47,485 nt of DNA from Euryarchaeota archaeon UBA561 (lineage in GTDB: Archaea > Thermoplasmatota > Poseidoniia > Poseidoniales > Poseidoniaceae), in NCBI GenBank assembly GCA_002502295.1, contig DANX01000014.1, positions 1-47,485 of the forward strand, given 5' to 3'. Positions 27,101 to 34,840 of this stretch are shown here, in pieces (position 1 is the first letter of the stretch; each line of letters opens with the position of its first letter). Made by a program: the position numbers and the translations under genes. Below the pieces are notes generated by a model. The model had not been told where the DNA came from, did no database searches, and saw only the letters and a program-made list of their open reading frames with translations.

Positions 27101-27163
27101 AAGACACCCTGCCAACATCATCAATGAAACGAGGAAGAGCGCAGAAAATTGCCGCACTTGCAT
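24128..27163 (-). CDS. Lipobox-anchored surface protein: Ig-like N-terminal region + TSP3 repeats + C-terminal PNGase F-like two-domain module
   Basis: I prefer the start 'MQVRQFSALFLVSLMMLAGC' (ATG at 27163). TSP3 units include 'DQDGDGIQDANDRCP' and 'DYDYDGCHDADED'. The C-terminus aligns by eye to Elizabethkingia PNGase F: 'GGCHEWDYLAYMYI' against 'TCDEWDRYANVYV', 'ATITGHG...NCAEFC' against 'TTISGWG...GCAEWC', and 'GRAGWCAGQDV' against 'DRAGWCPGMAV'. Confidence 0.8.
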   Translation of the reverse strand: MQVRQFSALFLVSLMMLAGCLGTTEPAPEVEQPKASTYSLKTTWIVSPSEIALGEEAIFSLGIQQEGEGEWTIEPTVLQPNFTPISDLSWSENEAGYQLKFIPTITGEHIVSVTIINAGSTDLTPAMSPLVLPLEVLAPVEPAPIISVPNRLVLEEPNVVWFEGSVEHLNADSCTITYTITDGTQGTVGLDSESAWKVLVDFTEATQSHTITTQATCGTYALSSDTATTQVVIEGAGDDQDGDGIQDANDRCPSGIGADDGWQSTQATDGDQDGCRDNDEDEDDDNDGIIDTYDLCPSSYGWVSTPSADYDYDGCHDADEDNDDDNDGVEDTDDLCPIGRKGWYSNRYSDWDNDGCSDLDEDDNDDNDGHTDENDACAKGAANWISDTTTDWDNDGCEDATEDEDDDNDGVNDVNGTGAILDECPRTPLEASDVNEFGCAAVERDTDEDGVNDLLDQCEGTPSGLVVNAVGCADIDGDGVFANVDECPQSPDRWSVDLTGCAVVQQPVDWTDASSLNGPMQTVPQFSFPTLNGTYNFKDRWTGHDVYFFMFKYTDSNGNNNDATWGQNPGKFIRNLPLNTHLFYGSFDSSYHNDVLQQRNAVMAGLTTSEEAHWDSRIHYIDVDASNLGGGLGSMISSFKSPFFIGIDRFQLSRETGSLYAWTSQSNDPFHLSYEPNQWVAEFPTKIREHDPAVHAISVMDFQRHSGGWGGGYSSFAEATFDLPDNLSSYDTLEVYHEHACFERTNRYQKSDGSYGGCHEWDYLAYMYICDRTNDSICNTEAIRWITTYGREGMWLTDISPYLFMLDDGEERRFKYAGANKGDLTVTFLFSNWGSGTRAINGTYAFSGGQFDGTYNNESRHVRQLNFTVPSYATSVGIVATITGHGFNQDTANCAEFCDHQHYYTIGEHQTYEWHPIVYSNEGCENEVNNGVVANQFGSWPFGRAGWCAGQDVKQWTYDITDWVDNTTNNSNHMVYRGYYNGAEYVPSDGIGNGGRNIRAVVWIVFYGPTT
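25690..26460 (-). repeat. Degenerate tandem coding repeats (TSP3-like, Cys-containing DxDxDGC units)
   Basis: 'D(W/Y)DxDGCxDxDEDDDDDNDG' units recur about 6-8 times. The matching codon periodicity yields long antisense ORFs (25463-26703). Confidence 0.7.
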
Positions 27164-27200
27164 GGATGCTGGTTCCCATGGCTGTCTTTGAATGTGTTGC

Positions 27201-28343
27201 TCACGACATATCAAGTTCACTTCGACCGTCATGAAGAGGTAGAAATTCCAGCGGTGTATATGTTCCTGAATGAGCGACCTTCAGTGGCTGGACCCAAAGC
27301 AGGGCTCCGCCACGTTTTCGGTCAATTCGAAGGATAATTTCCCAATGAATTCGCAAGAGTTCTGTATGAACTGAACCCGGCCATGTGGGTTCGGGTGGCT
27401 CCAGTTTCAAAGGCTCACCTTCCCTCCAACGTTCAGGTTTTCCTTGAACCATGATTCGCATCGGCCTGAGGTAAAGCCCTCCTTTGACCTCCTTGAGTTC
27501 CATAGGAGCGTCTTCCCCACCTGCGGTGCCGTCATCCAACCCCACCTCCCAGTGATGTGGAAGTTCGGTTGATAACCCGGGTGGTGGTTGGCGCTGTGGG
27601 TTCCTTTGGAGCGTTTCGAGCAGGGTTTCCCGAGACGGTGGTAGTACGCCGACACGAAGAATGGCATCGACATGGTTCCAAGCGGGTTCCCATTCTGGAA
27701 AATGCACGTTCAATTCAAGGGGGTTGTCGGCGGTGCTGGAATGAATAAAATCAATCGTTGGGGTTTTCAAATCCCGCTTGAGAAACTGGTTTTGCCTTCT
27801 CAGTTCCAACAGATTTGCTATCACTCGAATGAACAGGGGCGCAAAGATGAGGGGGACGACAAACACAGCCAAAGCTGGGTAATCCAACAGTCCCCAGCGG
27901 ACCGTTTCAAGCCCGTATACCGGCAAATTTAACCAAATCAAAACGGGTGAAATAAACAAGTAAAACAGGCACGTTAGGAGGACAATCACGACCCCATTGA
28001 TGAACTGGCGCAGGATGTTGTGCACCGGGTTTGGTATCAAGTACCATCCTTGTCGCTGTTTCTTCACTGCTTGAACATAACTGCCGGATTCGAGGCAATG
28101 GTCATTCATCTCAGAGACAAGTTCTTCATCGTCGTAAACAAAACTCCGTTCAATAAGCCAGCCACTGTCATGGCCCAAACGAAAGGAGGGTGGCTGACCC
28201 TGAACAGCTTGCTGGGCCGATTCCTCTGAATCGTATTGACCAATTTCATATCGTTTGACGGCGATAGGTAGGTTTTCTGGAGCCCACCTCGACGCTTCAA
28301 ACGGAGGATAGCGAATTCGATGCTGTTCATGAAGTGGCTTCAT
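27201..28343 (-). CDS. Hypothetical membrane protein (soluble N-terminal domain, 2-3 TM, soluble C-terminal domain)
   Basis: The hydrophobic core is 'INGVVIVLLTCLFYLFISPVLIWL ... YPALAVFVVPLIFAPLFIRVIANLL'. I recognised no motif. It is tightly packed between the GGR-family gene and the PNGase F-like gene on the same strand. Confidence 0.5.
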   Translation of the reverse strand: MKPLHEQHRIRYPPFEASRWAPENLPIAVKRYEIGQYDSEESAQQAVQGQPPSFRLGHDSGWLIERSFVYDDEELVSEMNDHCLESGSYVQAVKKQRQGWYLIPNPVHNILRQFINGVVIVLLTCLFYLFISPVLIWLNLPVYGLETVRWGLLDYPALAVFVVPLIFAPLFIRVIANLLELRRQNQFLKRDLKTPTIDFIHSSTADNPLELNVHFPEWEPAWNHVDAILRVGVLPPSRETLLETLQRNPQRQPPPGLSTELPHHWEVGLDDGTAGGEDAPMELKEVKGGLYLRPMRIMVQGKPERWREGEPLKLEPPEPTWPGSVHTELLRIHWEIILRIDRKRGGALLWVQPLKVAHSGTYTPLEFLPLHDGRSELDMS

Positions 28344-28352
28344 CTTGCCACC

Positions 28353-29567
28353 TCACGTGAGCAGGAGGCGAAAACCTGCTTTCAAGGCAAGCGGTCGGAA
28401 CGCTGGTACTTGTTTGAGCAGCGCCATTCCGAGGGGGACCGGTTTCTCAATATCACCAACGGCATTGATGAGGCTTAGCGTGTCTGGATGGGCAAAATTG
28501 AGGAAATGCTTGTCGAGAACTTCATCGGTGCAATCACTCACGAGAAGGTTGCGCAAGGCCCTCGCACGGTCCTGTTCTTTTTTCATCGCACTCCATGGTT
28601 TTTTGGTGATGGATTTGAGATCGGCTTCGCTCAGTGAATTGGATTTGATGGCTTTTGTTAGCGCTTCATGTATGCATTGAATTTGGTGGAAACCGGGGCC
28701 AATTCCGCCTCCTGTGGTTGGTTTGGCCATGCCCGCCGCATCACCGAGGAGCATCACTCTGTCTTTGACCGTTTTTCGTACCATACCGGAAGGAACTGGA
28801 CCACAATACCGTGCGATTTCGGATGTGTTTTCAAATCGATCTTTCCACAAAGGATGGTCCATAAGGTCTTGATAGCACGATTCAATTGACCTTCCGTTTA
28901 GGCGGTCAGCGGTGGACCAAAGACCGATTCGGTGTGTGCCAAAACCAGACGGTATGACCCATGCGAAAAACCCCGGTGCGATTGAACTGCCACTGTACAT
29001 CTCCAACCATCGTTCTCTTCCCTGATACCCAACGACCTCGGTTTGGAACCCGATCATGAGTTCTTTTGGTCTGCCCATTTTGAACGTACGTCGAGTCCAA
29101 CTGTGAGCTCCGTCGGCTCCGATGAGAAGTTTGCATGTGAGGTCAATCTCCTCATCATTCCTCCGTACGGTGATTTCAACGCCATTCTGCTTGGTGTTTG
29201 CCATGGTGGGTACGCAATTGAGCCACAGTTCTGCACCGGCTTCCATGCCTTGCTGGACCACGTATTGATCAAACCGCTTGCGGCAAACAACGTAGGTTCG
29301 CAAGGTACCCTCCGTTCCGACGGGCACAAGTGTGCCGCTTGGTCCGTGGATGAGTGCTCCATCAACCTCCTCGAGGACCGTGTGGTATCCCTCAACCACG
29401 TCCATGGCAGAGGGTGTCACCAAACCTGCGCATTGGAATGGTCGGCCGATTTCTTCGTGTTCTTCGAGCATCAACACGCGCAAACCGTTTTCGCTGAGCA
29501 GGGTTGCAGCCCTCCCTCCTACAGGCCCAGCGCCAACGATGATAACGTCGTAGTCCCACTGGTCCAT
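28353..29567 (-). CDS. FAD-dependent geranylgeranyl reductase family protein (archaeal lipid saturase-like)
   Basis: The dinucleotide-binding N-terminus is 'YDVIIVGAGPVGGRAATLLSENGLRVLMLEE'. 'LIGADGAHS' and 'VMLLGDAAGMAKPTTGGGI' are typical of the GGR family. Confidence 0.85.
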   Translation of the reverse strand: MDQWDYDVIIVGAGPVGGRAATLLSENGLRVLMLEEHEEIGRPFQCAGLVTPSAMDVVEGYHTVLEEVDGALIHGPSGTLVPVGTEGTLRTYVVCRKRFDQYVVQQGMEAGAELWLNCVPTMANTKQNGVEITVRRNDEEIDLTCKLLIGADGAHSWTRRTFKMGRPKELMIGFQTEVVGYQGRERWLEMYSGSSIAPGFFAWVIPSGFGTHRIGLWSTADRLNGRSIESCYQDLMDHPLWKDRFENTSEIARYCGPVPSGMVRKTVKDRVMLLGDAAGMAKPTTGGGIGPGFHQIQCIHEALTKAIKSNSLSEADLKSITKKPWSAMKKEQDRARALRNLLVSDCTDEVLDKHFLNFAHPDTLSLINAVGDIEKPVPLGMALLKQVPAFRPLALKAGFRLLLT

Positions 29568-29619
29568 GATTTTGCCTGCAGAAGGTATTGTTTCAACCTT
29601 CCTTCATTCCCAACCGTGC

Positions 29620-32364
29620 TCAGGAGCGTTTTGCGAACTTGTAGCCAACCGATTGATTCTTTTTCAGGTACAACGATGCACTGAACGGATTATTTGTTTT
29701 CTTTGACACAAAATCATCGAACGGACCCACCGACCCTGTTTCGATCAGTGCCTTGGCTTCATCCCTCGTTAGGTCTCGTTTTGATATGCATCGTTCAATG
29801 TGGATTTTGCAATCCGTGGAAGAGTTTTCGACGGTATAATGCGTTTCAGTCTCGATGATGTTCGCTTTGGTTTTGGGGCAAACGGCTACGATGCCAGGTT
29901 CAATCGGGAACCGTTTTGCGTCGGCAGCTGCGGCTCGAGGTGGGAAATCATAGGTAACCCTGTTCTTCTCAAGCTTGAGAAAGGCATTGAATGGCTTGTT
30001 TCGGCGGGACGTAAAATCTTCCAGCAGGGTTGATTTTCCTTCGGTGAAGATCGGTTTTGCCTCCGCTGGTGTGATGACTCGCTTGCACATCACGTTCTGC
30101 ATGCCTCTGAATGAGCACTCGGCATTGTCGCAAACATAGGCCATCTTCGTGATCCGAATTGAGCCTTGCTCACACGAGGGGCATGGGCAGAGCACTTCGT
30201 CATCTTCGGTGGCTTGGCCACTGCCCGAACCTTTGCTGACGACCTTTCCATCCTTGTGAAGTTCGATGGACGTTTCATACCCTTCACCTGCTTGTGAGAA
30301 GAATCCATGGACGTTGTCCAGTGATTTTTTCTCAAGCAAGCGAGACGCAGTCGTTCGGTCAAACCACCGCCCAGAGGTGTCTTTCCAAAACACAAAGGAG
30401 CACCCCTTGTCTCGACCTTCATTGTGTTCACACTGGTAAGCCAGCGTGTTCTCAATGACGTTTCCTTCGCATGCTGGGCATGGTCCAAGCGAGGGCTCAT
30501 CGAGATACAATGTATTTCGGTCATGGTCCCTTATCCGTTCAACCATGGTCTGCGTTTGATCTATGATTTTCTGCATGTAGATGTCCATTGGTGCTTCTCC
30601 ACGTTGAACGGAAAGAAGGGAGGCCTCCATATCGCCGGTCAATTCGGGAGATGTAATCCATTCAACCGGTATTCTTCGCAGCACATCGATCATTCGAATC
30701 CCGTGAGGCGCTGCGCTGATGGTGCCATTTCGTGATCGACGGATGTATTTTCGATTGAGGAGCTTTTCAATGGTGTCAGCTCGGGTAGCAGGCGTTCCAA
30801 GTCCCTTGTCCTTCATCGCATCTGCAAGATCATCGTCTTCAATGTGCTTCCCGGCATGTTCCATGAGTTGGAGAAGACTTGCTTCCTTTAGCCGGTTTTT
30901 GGGTTTACTCAACTCTTCAGAGAATTCATGTGAATCAAGGGTCGTAGGGCATGGATTTCCGGGAAGGACCCCCCAGCCCTCGGGAACCTTATCCTTCTTT
31001 GGCACGACGGCTCGCCAGCCAAGTGAAGCGATTTGTTCGACTTCTTTGATGAATTGGTGGCCGGCTTTTGTCGCAATGCGCTTGGTGACCGTCCACTCAG
31101 AGGGTGGATGCCACGAAGCGAGGAAATTACGGACGACCATGTCGTAAAGTTTCGCGTGGTCTCCTCCGAAATTTCCCGGAGGTTGTTGACCGGTTGGGAT
31201 GATGGCGTAGTGGTCAGATACCTTGCTGTTGTTGAAGTTCCGTTTGGAATTTGACAATCCTTCACTTTGCAGACGTTTGACGTGCTCAGCATAGTCTTGT
31301 TGACCACCGAGGTTGTCCAATGTTTTGGCGACTGTTTCATGCATATCGTCTGGAAGATGCTTTGAATCCGTCCTCGGATAAGTTGTCAGTTTGAATTTAT
31401 CATACAGATCTTGGGCCACACCAAGCGTGCGCTTGGCAGACCATGACCACATGCTGTTGGCTCGCTTTTGGAGGGTAGTGAGGTCGAAATTGAGTGGAGG
31501 TTGCTCTTTTTTCGTTCGTGCCTTTTCTTCGGTTGTAAACTTCTCAGGTGAGGCAAGCATGGCTTCAATCGCTTCTTTTTCTGATGCTTCTGTAATTCGG
31601 TGGGCTTTGTGTTCTGGACGGGCGGGGTCATCCTTGTGTCCTATGCGTTCCCATCGCCCAGTCCATCGAGCGTCTCCTGCCGTGAACGTGGCATTGAGTT
31701 GCCAATACGGGACCGGTACATGTGAGAGGACTTCCAATTCATGGTCAACAACAAGCGCAAGGGTTGCTGTTTGCACACGGCCCAATGAATTTGCCGAACG
31801 GTCCCTGTTTTGAGGCAGGCGGGTAGCGATACGGGATCCGTTCATACCGATGATCCAGTCGGCCCTTGAACGGGAGTAGGCGGCATCGCTCAAGGCCTGG
31901 TAGGTGTCCCCGGACTTCCTGGTCTCAAACGCTTTGTGCATGGCATCGTAGGTCATTGATTGCATCCACATTCTGGACGTTGGCGTCTTTACCTTCGAAT
32001 GTTCCAGGATTGTTCTGAAAATCAATTCGCCTTCGCGGGCTGCGTCACAGGCATTCACGATTTCCGTTACCGATTTGTCCTTGACGAGTTTCAAAATAGC
32101 CGACAACTGTTTTTTCCCTCGTCCGCTCTTTGGTTTGTATTGAAACGAAGTAGGAATGAACGGCAACCTGTCAATGGTTCCCCTCCAGTTTTTGAAGTCC
32201 GAATCATAATCATCCATGTACTTGAGTTCAAGCAGATGGCCAATGGCCCATGTAATGATGATGTCTTCGCTGTGCCAATGTGTTTCGAGTTTTTTCCCCA
32301 CGCCCAAGACATTGGCGAGGTCCTCGGCAACACTGGGTTTCTCAGCAATGATGACGATGGACAT
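29620..32364 (-). CDS. topB: Type IA DNA topoisomerase (Topo III-like) with C-terminal zinc ribbons and two Toprim C-terminal repeats
   Basis: The Toprim start is 'MSIVIIAEKPSVAEDLANVL...ITWAIGHLLEL'. The active-site Tyr region is 'LTTYPRTDSKHLP'. Zn ribbons include 'CPACEGN...CEHNEGRDKGC' and 'CPCPSCEQG...CDNAEC'. The repeats are 'FTSRRNKPFNAFLKLEKNRVTYDF' and 'FVSKKTNNPFSASLYLKKNQSVGYKF'. The listed ORF start at 32424 is probably an N-terminal over-extension. Confidence 0.88.
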   Translation of the reverse strand: MSIVIIAEKPSVAEDLANVLGVGKKLETHWHSEDIIITWAIGHLLELKYMDDYDSDFKNWRGTIDRLPFIPTSFQYKPKSGRGKKQLSAILKLVKDKSVTEIVNACDAAREGELIFRTILEHSKVKTPTSRMWMQSMTYDAMHKAFETRKSGDTYQALSDAAYSRSRADWIIGMNGSRIATRLPQNRDRSANSLGRVQTATLALVVDHELEVLSHVPVPYWQLNATFTAGDARWTGRWERIGHKDDPARPEHKAHRITEASEKEAIEAMLASPEKFTTEEKARTKKEQPPLNFDLTTLQKRANSMWSWSAKRTLGVAQDLYDKFKLTTYPRTDSKHLPDDMHETVAKTLDNLGGQQDYAEHVKRLQSEGLSNSKRNFNNSKVSDHYAIIPTGQQPPGNFGGDHAKLYDMVVRNFLASWHPPSEWTVTKRIATKAGHQFIKEVEQIASLGWRAVVPKKDKVPEGWGVLPGNPCPTTLDSHEFSEELSKPKNRLKEASLLQLMEHAGKHIEDDDLADAMKDKGLGTPATRADTIEKLLNRKYIRRSRNGTISAAPHGIRMIDVLRRIPVEWITSPELTGDMEASLLSVQRGEAPMDIYMQKIIDQTQTMVERIRDHDRNTLYLDEPSLGPCPACEGNVIENTLAYQCEHNEGRDKGCSFVFWKDTSGRWFDRTTASRLLEKKSLDNVHGFFSQAGEGYETSIELHKDGKVVSKGSGSGQATEDDEVLCPCPSCEQGSIRITKMAYVCDNAECSFRGMQNVMCKRVITPAEAKPIFTEGKSTLLEDFTSRRNKPFNAFLKLEKNRVTYDFPPRAAAADAKRFPIEPGIVAVCPKTKANIIETETHYTVENSSTDCKIHIERCISKRDLTRDEAKALIETGSVGPFDDFVSKKTNNPFSASLYLKKNQSVGYKFAKRS

Positions 32365-32447
32365 GTGTTGAAAGCGCACCGACGACCATACTTGAACCCT
32401 CCTTTGGTTCTTGGTTGATTTCATTTCGATGTATGAAATGTATCATT

Positions 32448-32885
32448 TCATGGTGCTTCGTTTGAAGAATTTTTGATGGCGATTCGACTGTTCATTTCGT
32501 TCCATGGCTCTTCTGAATGAGGTCCGCCGCAACCTAAACAACCCGGATAACCAGCATCCAGCAGGTCATTGGTGATCGAGTTGATGCATTGCCATGCTTC
32601 CTTTGAACCCATGGACAGCCACAGCACATCGATTGGAGGCTCAGTGGTGCTGCATATGGCCATTGTCTTGAGTGAAATTGGAATGCAAACTCGAATTTCA
32701 TCAACTTCACCGGGCGTGAATGTTGGGAATGATGTTCTGGATGGCTGGACATCACCCAACCGTACGGCAAGGCGTTCGATGTGTTCTCTCAACCACTTCG
32801 GCCCAACGATGGTCAATTCATCCGTTCGTAGAAGCATCCTGCTAAATTCACGGGCCGCCGGCCAACGTGGGTCCGTGATTCGCAT
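32448..32885 (-). CDS. Hypothetical small protein
   Basis: This is an ORF only, with no recognisable motif apart from the Cys cluster 'GYPGCLGCGGPH'. I chose the start at 'MRITDPRW' so that some promoter space remains before the divergent pyrD. Confidence 0.35.
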   Translation of the reverse strand: MRITDPRWPAAREFSRMLLRTDELTIVGPKWLREHIERLAVRLGDVQPSRTSFPTFTPGEVDEIRVCIPISLKTMAICSTTEPPIDVLWLSMGSKEAWQCINSITNDLLDAGYPGCLGCGGPHSEEPWNEMNSRIAIKNSSNEAP

Positions 32886-32940
32886 GATTTGTTGCAGTTG
32901 AAGGCAAGTCTTGAAGGATGTCGTTTGAAACCCCATCTCC

Positions 32941-34062
32941 ATGGGCGTCGGTTATCGCTGGTTCGGACGGCCTCTGCTTCGCTTTCAAGATTCCGAGAAG
33001 GCACATGGCCGCTCACTTTCTTTGCTAAGGTTTGCATCGGGGAACCCACTTACCCGATTGTTTCTAAAGATGCTCTACAAGCCGCGTATTTCCTTGCCCA
33101 TCAAAGTGTTTGGACACCAATACACCCATCCATTTGGCTTGGCTGCAGGCATGGACAAAAATGCGAAGGCGCTCATTGGTTGGGAGACGACAGGCTTAGC
33201 TTTCGTTGAAATTGGTGGGGTGACCATGCTTGAACAGGGCGGGAATCCCAAACCCCGAATGTTTCGTGCCCCTCATGCACAGGCTTTGGTCAACCGTATG
33301 GGCTTCAACAACGACGGCAGTGAAAAAATTAGAGATAGCCTTACTCGACATTTCAAGCGTCATGGACGCCCAGGTATCCCCCTTTGGGTGAACCTTGGGA
33401 AATCAAAAATAACACCCCTCGATGAGGCGCATCTGGACTACGGTGCCACACTTGAACGCCTTTGGGACCTTTGCGATGTCTTCGTCATCAATGTCTCGTC
33501 GCCTAACACGCCCAATCTTCGTGAACTTCAAACCGATGAGGGATTGAATCGAATTCTCCATCACTGTCAAACCATTAACGATAACATCGCAGCTGCCAAC
33601 GGCAGCAAACGAAAGCCGTTGCTCGTCAAAGTCGCCCCCGACATGACGGACGAACAACTGGTCCACATTGCCAATACAGCCAAGCAGACAGGGGCCGATG
33701 GCATCGTTCTCTCCAACACCACCATTGAGCGACCTACGCCCAACCATCCACGGGATAAATCGGTCTTTGTGGAACAAGGCGGGTTAAGCGGTATGCCGCT
33801 GAAAGAGCGGTCAACGGCGATGATTCGAACGGTTCGCACAGCCATCGGTCCCGACTGGCCCATCATCGGTGTGGGCGGTGTGTCAAACGCGCAAGACGCT
33901 TGGGAAAAAATCGAGGCTGGGGCAACATTGGTGCAGGCGTATTCTGGATTTGTGTTTGAAGGGCCAGCATTGAGCAAACAGATTGTACACGGCCTCGCAA
34001 AACGTTTGAAGGCATCAAAGCACACTTCAATGGCTGAGGTTGTTGGCAGTAAAACCACTTGA
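32941..34062 (+). CDS. pyrD: Dihydroorotate dehydrogenase (quinone), class 2
   Basis: A class-2 N-terminal extension is present. Motifs are 'FGHQYTHPFGLAAGMDKNA', 'GFVEIGGVT...GNPKPRMFR', 'LVNRMGFNNDG', 'VNLGKSK', 'INVSSPNTPNLR' and 'IIGVGGV'. Confidence 0.92.
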   Translation: MGVGYRWFGRPLLRFQDSEKAHGRSLSLLRFASGNPLTRLFLKMLYKPRISLPIKVFGHQYTHPFGLAAGMDKNAKALIGWETTGLAFVEIGGVTMLEQGGNPKPRMFRAPHAQALVNRMGFNNDGSEKIRDSLTRHFKRHGRPGIPLWVNLGKSKITPLDEAHLDYGATLERLWDLCDVFVINVSSPNTPNLRELQTDEGLNRILHHCQTINDNIAAANGSKRKPLLVKVAPDMTDEQLVHIANTAKQTGADGIVLSNTTIERPTPNHPRDKSVFVEQGGLSGMPLKERSTAMIRTVRTAIGPDWPIIGVGGVSNAQDAWEKIEAGATLVQAYSGFVFEGPALSKQIVHGLAKRLKASKHTSMAEVVGSKTT

Positions 34063-34098
34063 AAGAGGATTGTTAAGGGTGCGGGGCGTGGAACAAAC

Positions 34099-34494
34099 AT
34101 GTGGGCAAGACGCACACGGGTGTTGATCGTGGGGGCCGTCCTCACGATCGGGCTCCTTGCCACCCTGCTTCTGCAATCTCCAGCACCCACACAAACCGTG
34201 GATGAATTGATGTCTTCACCCTCTGAACACCTCAATCAAGAAATAGCCGTCCGTGGAGAAGTTCAGGACGGCACAATTGACAACTCAACCATGACCTTTA
34301 CACTTGAAGGATCTTCATCGACACTTACCATTCGGTTCACGGATGCGATGGTCTCAAACGGTCTTGATGATAACCGAACGGTGTACGCCGAAGGCATTCT
34401 TCTGTTTGAAGACGGTTCTTACATCCTCGATGCAAACGTCATAAAGACATCATGCCCTTCAAAGTATGAAGAACAGGCTGAAGGAGAGGATTAA
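34099..34494 (+). CDS. ccmE: Cytochrome c maturation heme chaperone CcmE, Cys (CxxxY) variant
   Basis: It has an N-terminal TM anchor and an OB-fold-like body. 'NQEIAVRGEVQDGTI...' aligns with E. coli 'GQRLRVGGMV.PGSV...'. The C-terminal 'VIKTSCPSKYE' sits where 'VLAKHDENY' (HxxxY) sits in E. coli. Confidence 0.7.
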   Translation: MWARRTRVLIVGAVLTIGLLATLLLQSPAPTQTVDELMSSPSEHLNQEIAVRGEVQDGTIDNSTMTFTLEGSSSTLTIRFTDAMVSNGLDDNRTVYAEGILLFEDGSYILDANVIKTSCPSKYEEQAEGED

Positions 34495-34508
34495 CCCGCT
34501 GCGCTGCC

Positions 34509-34518
34509 TTCATATAGG
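34509..34518 (+). promoter_or_regulatory. TATA-like box upstream of the SRP RNA
   Basis: 'TTCATATAGG' lies ~25-30 nt upstream of the inferred 5' end of the SRP RNA, which matches archaeal TATA spacing. This is a positional argument only. Confidence 0.3.
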
Positions 34519-34532
34519 CAGGTGGCCGGCCA

Positions 34533-34828
34533 TAGGACGGGATAGGTGGGGAGCTCGGCGTACCCTGTATCACAAATCGTCGTTATGGTGGACCGAACGC
34601 CTTAGGGCGGCGAAAGCGGTCGGAAGGTTCCCGTAGGCGGACGTTGATGTCTCGCCCCCACATGACTCGGGTGTCATGAGCCGTCTCCGGAAGGAAACGG
34701 GGAATGAATAACCGGGGGACTAGGTCAGGCCGGGAACGGAGCAGCCCTACCTGGGGCCATGGGTGCTGTGGGGAATCGGGATGGAGGAAGCTTGCGGATT
34801 TGGCCTTGCGAAGCGCCCGTCCACCTTT
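34533..34828 (+). ncRNA. Signal recognition particle RNA (archaeal 7S type, ~300 nt); ends are +/-20 nt
   Basis: The helix-8 core 'GGUCAGGCCGGGAACGGAGCAGCC' (34723-34746) matches the universally conserved 'GGUCAGGUCCGGAAGGAAGCAGCC', including the GGAA tetraloop. The 5' 'GGUGGGGAGC' resembles the archaeal Alu-domain start. The 5' 'GGACGGG' (34535-41) can pair with the 3' 'CCCGUCC' (34816-22). A GAAA hairpin lies at ~34608-34618. The RNA fills the only ~345-nt gap without a credible CDS. Confidence 0.8.
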
Positions 34829-34840
34829 GGCTCTCCCACC

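Noticed and set aside
32365-32424. The ORF track gives N-terminal extensions for topB (to 32424), the PNGase F-like gene (27164-27232), the M6-like protease (40621-40689), pntAA (45720-45740), pntB (44247-44273) and the Reeler-like gene (42753-42776).
   Set aside because: Internal ATGs give canonical N-termini: the Toprim 'MSIVIIAEKP', signal peptides, 'MKLGVPKE', and a GGAGG-preceded ATG for pntB. They also remove overlaps with upstream genes. I therefore treat the extensions as ORF-caller artefacts, though this is not proven.
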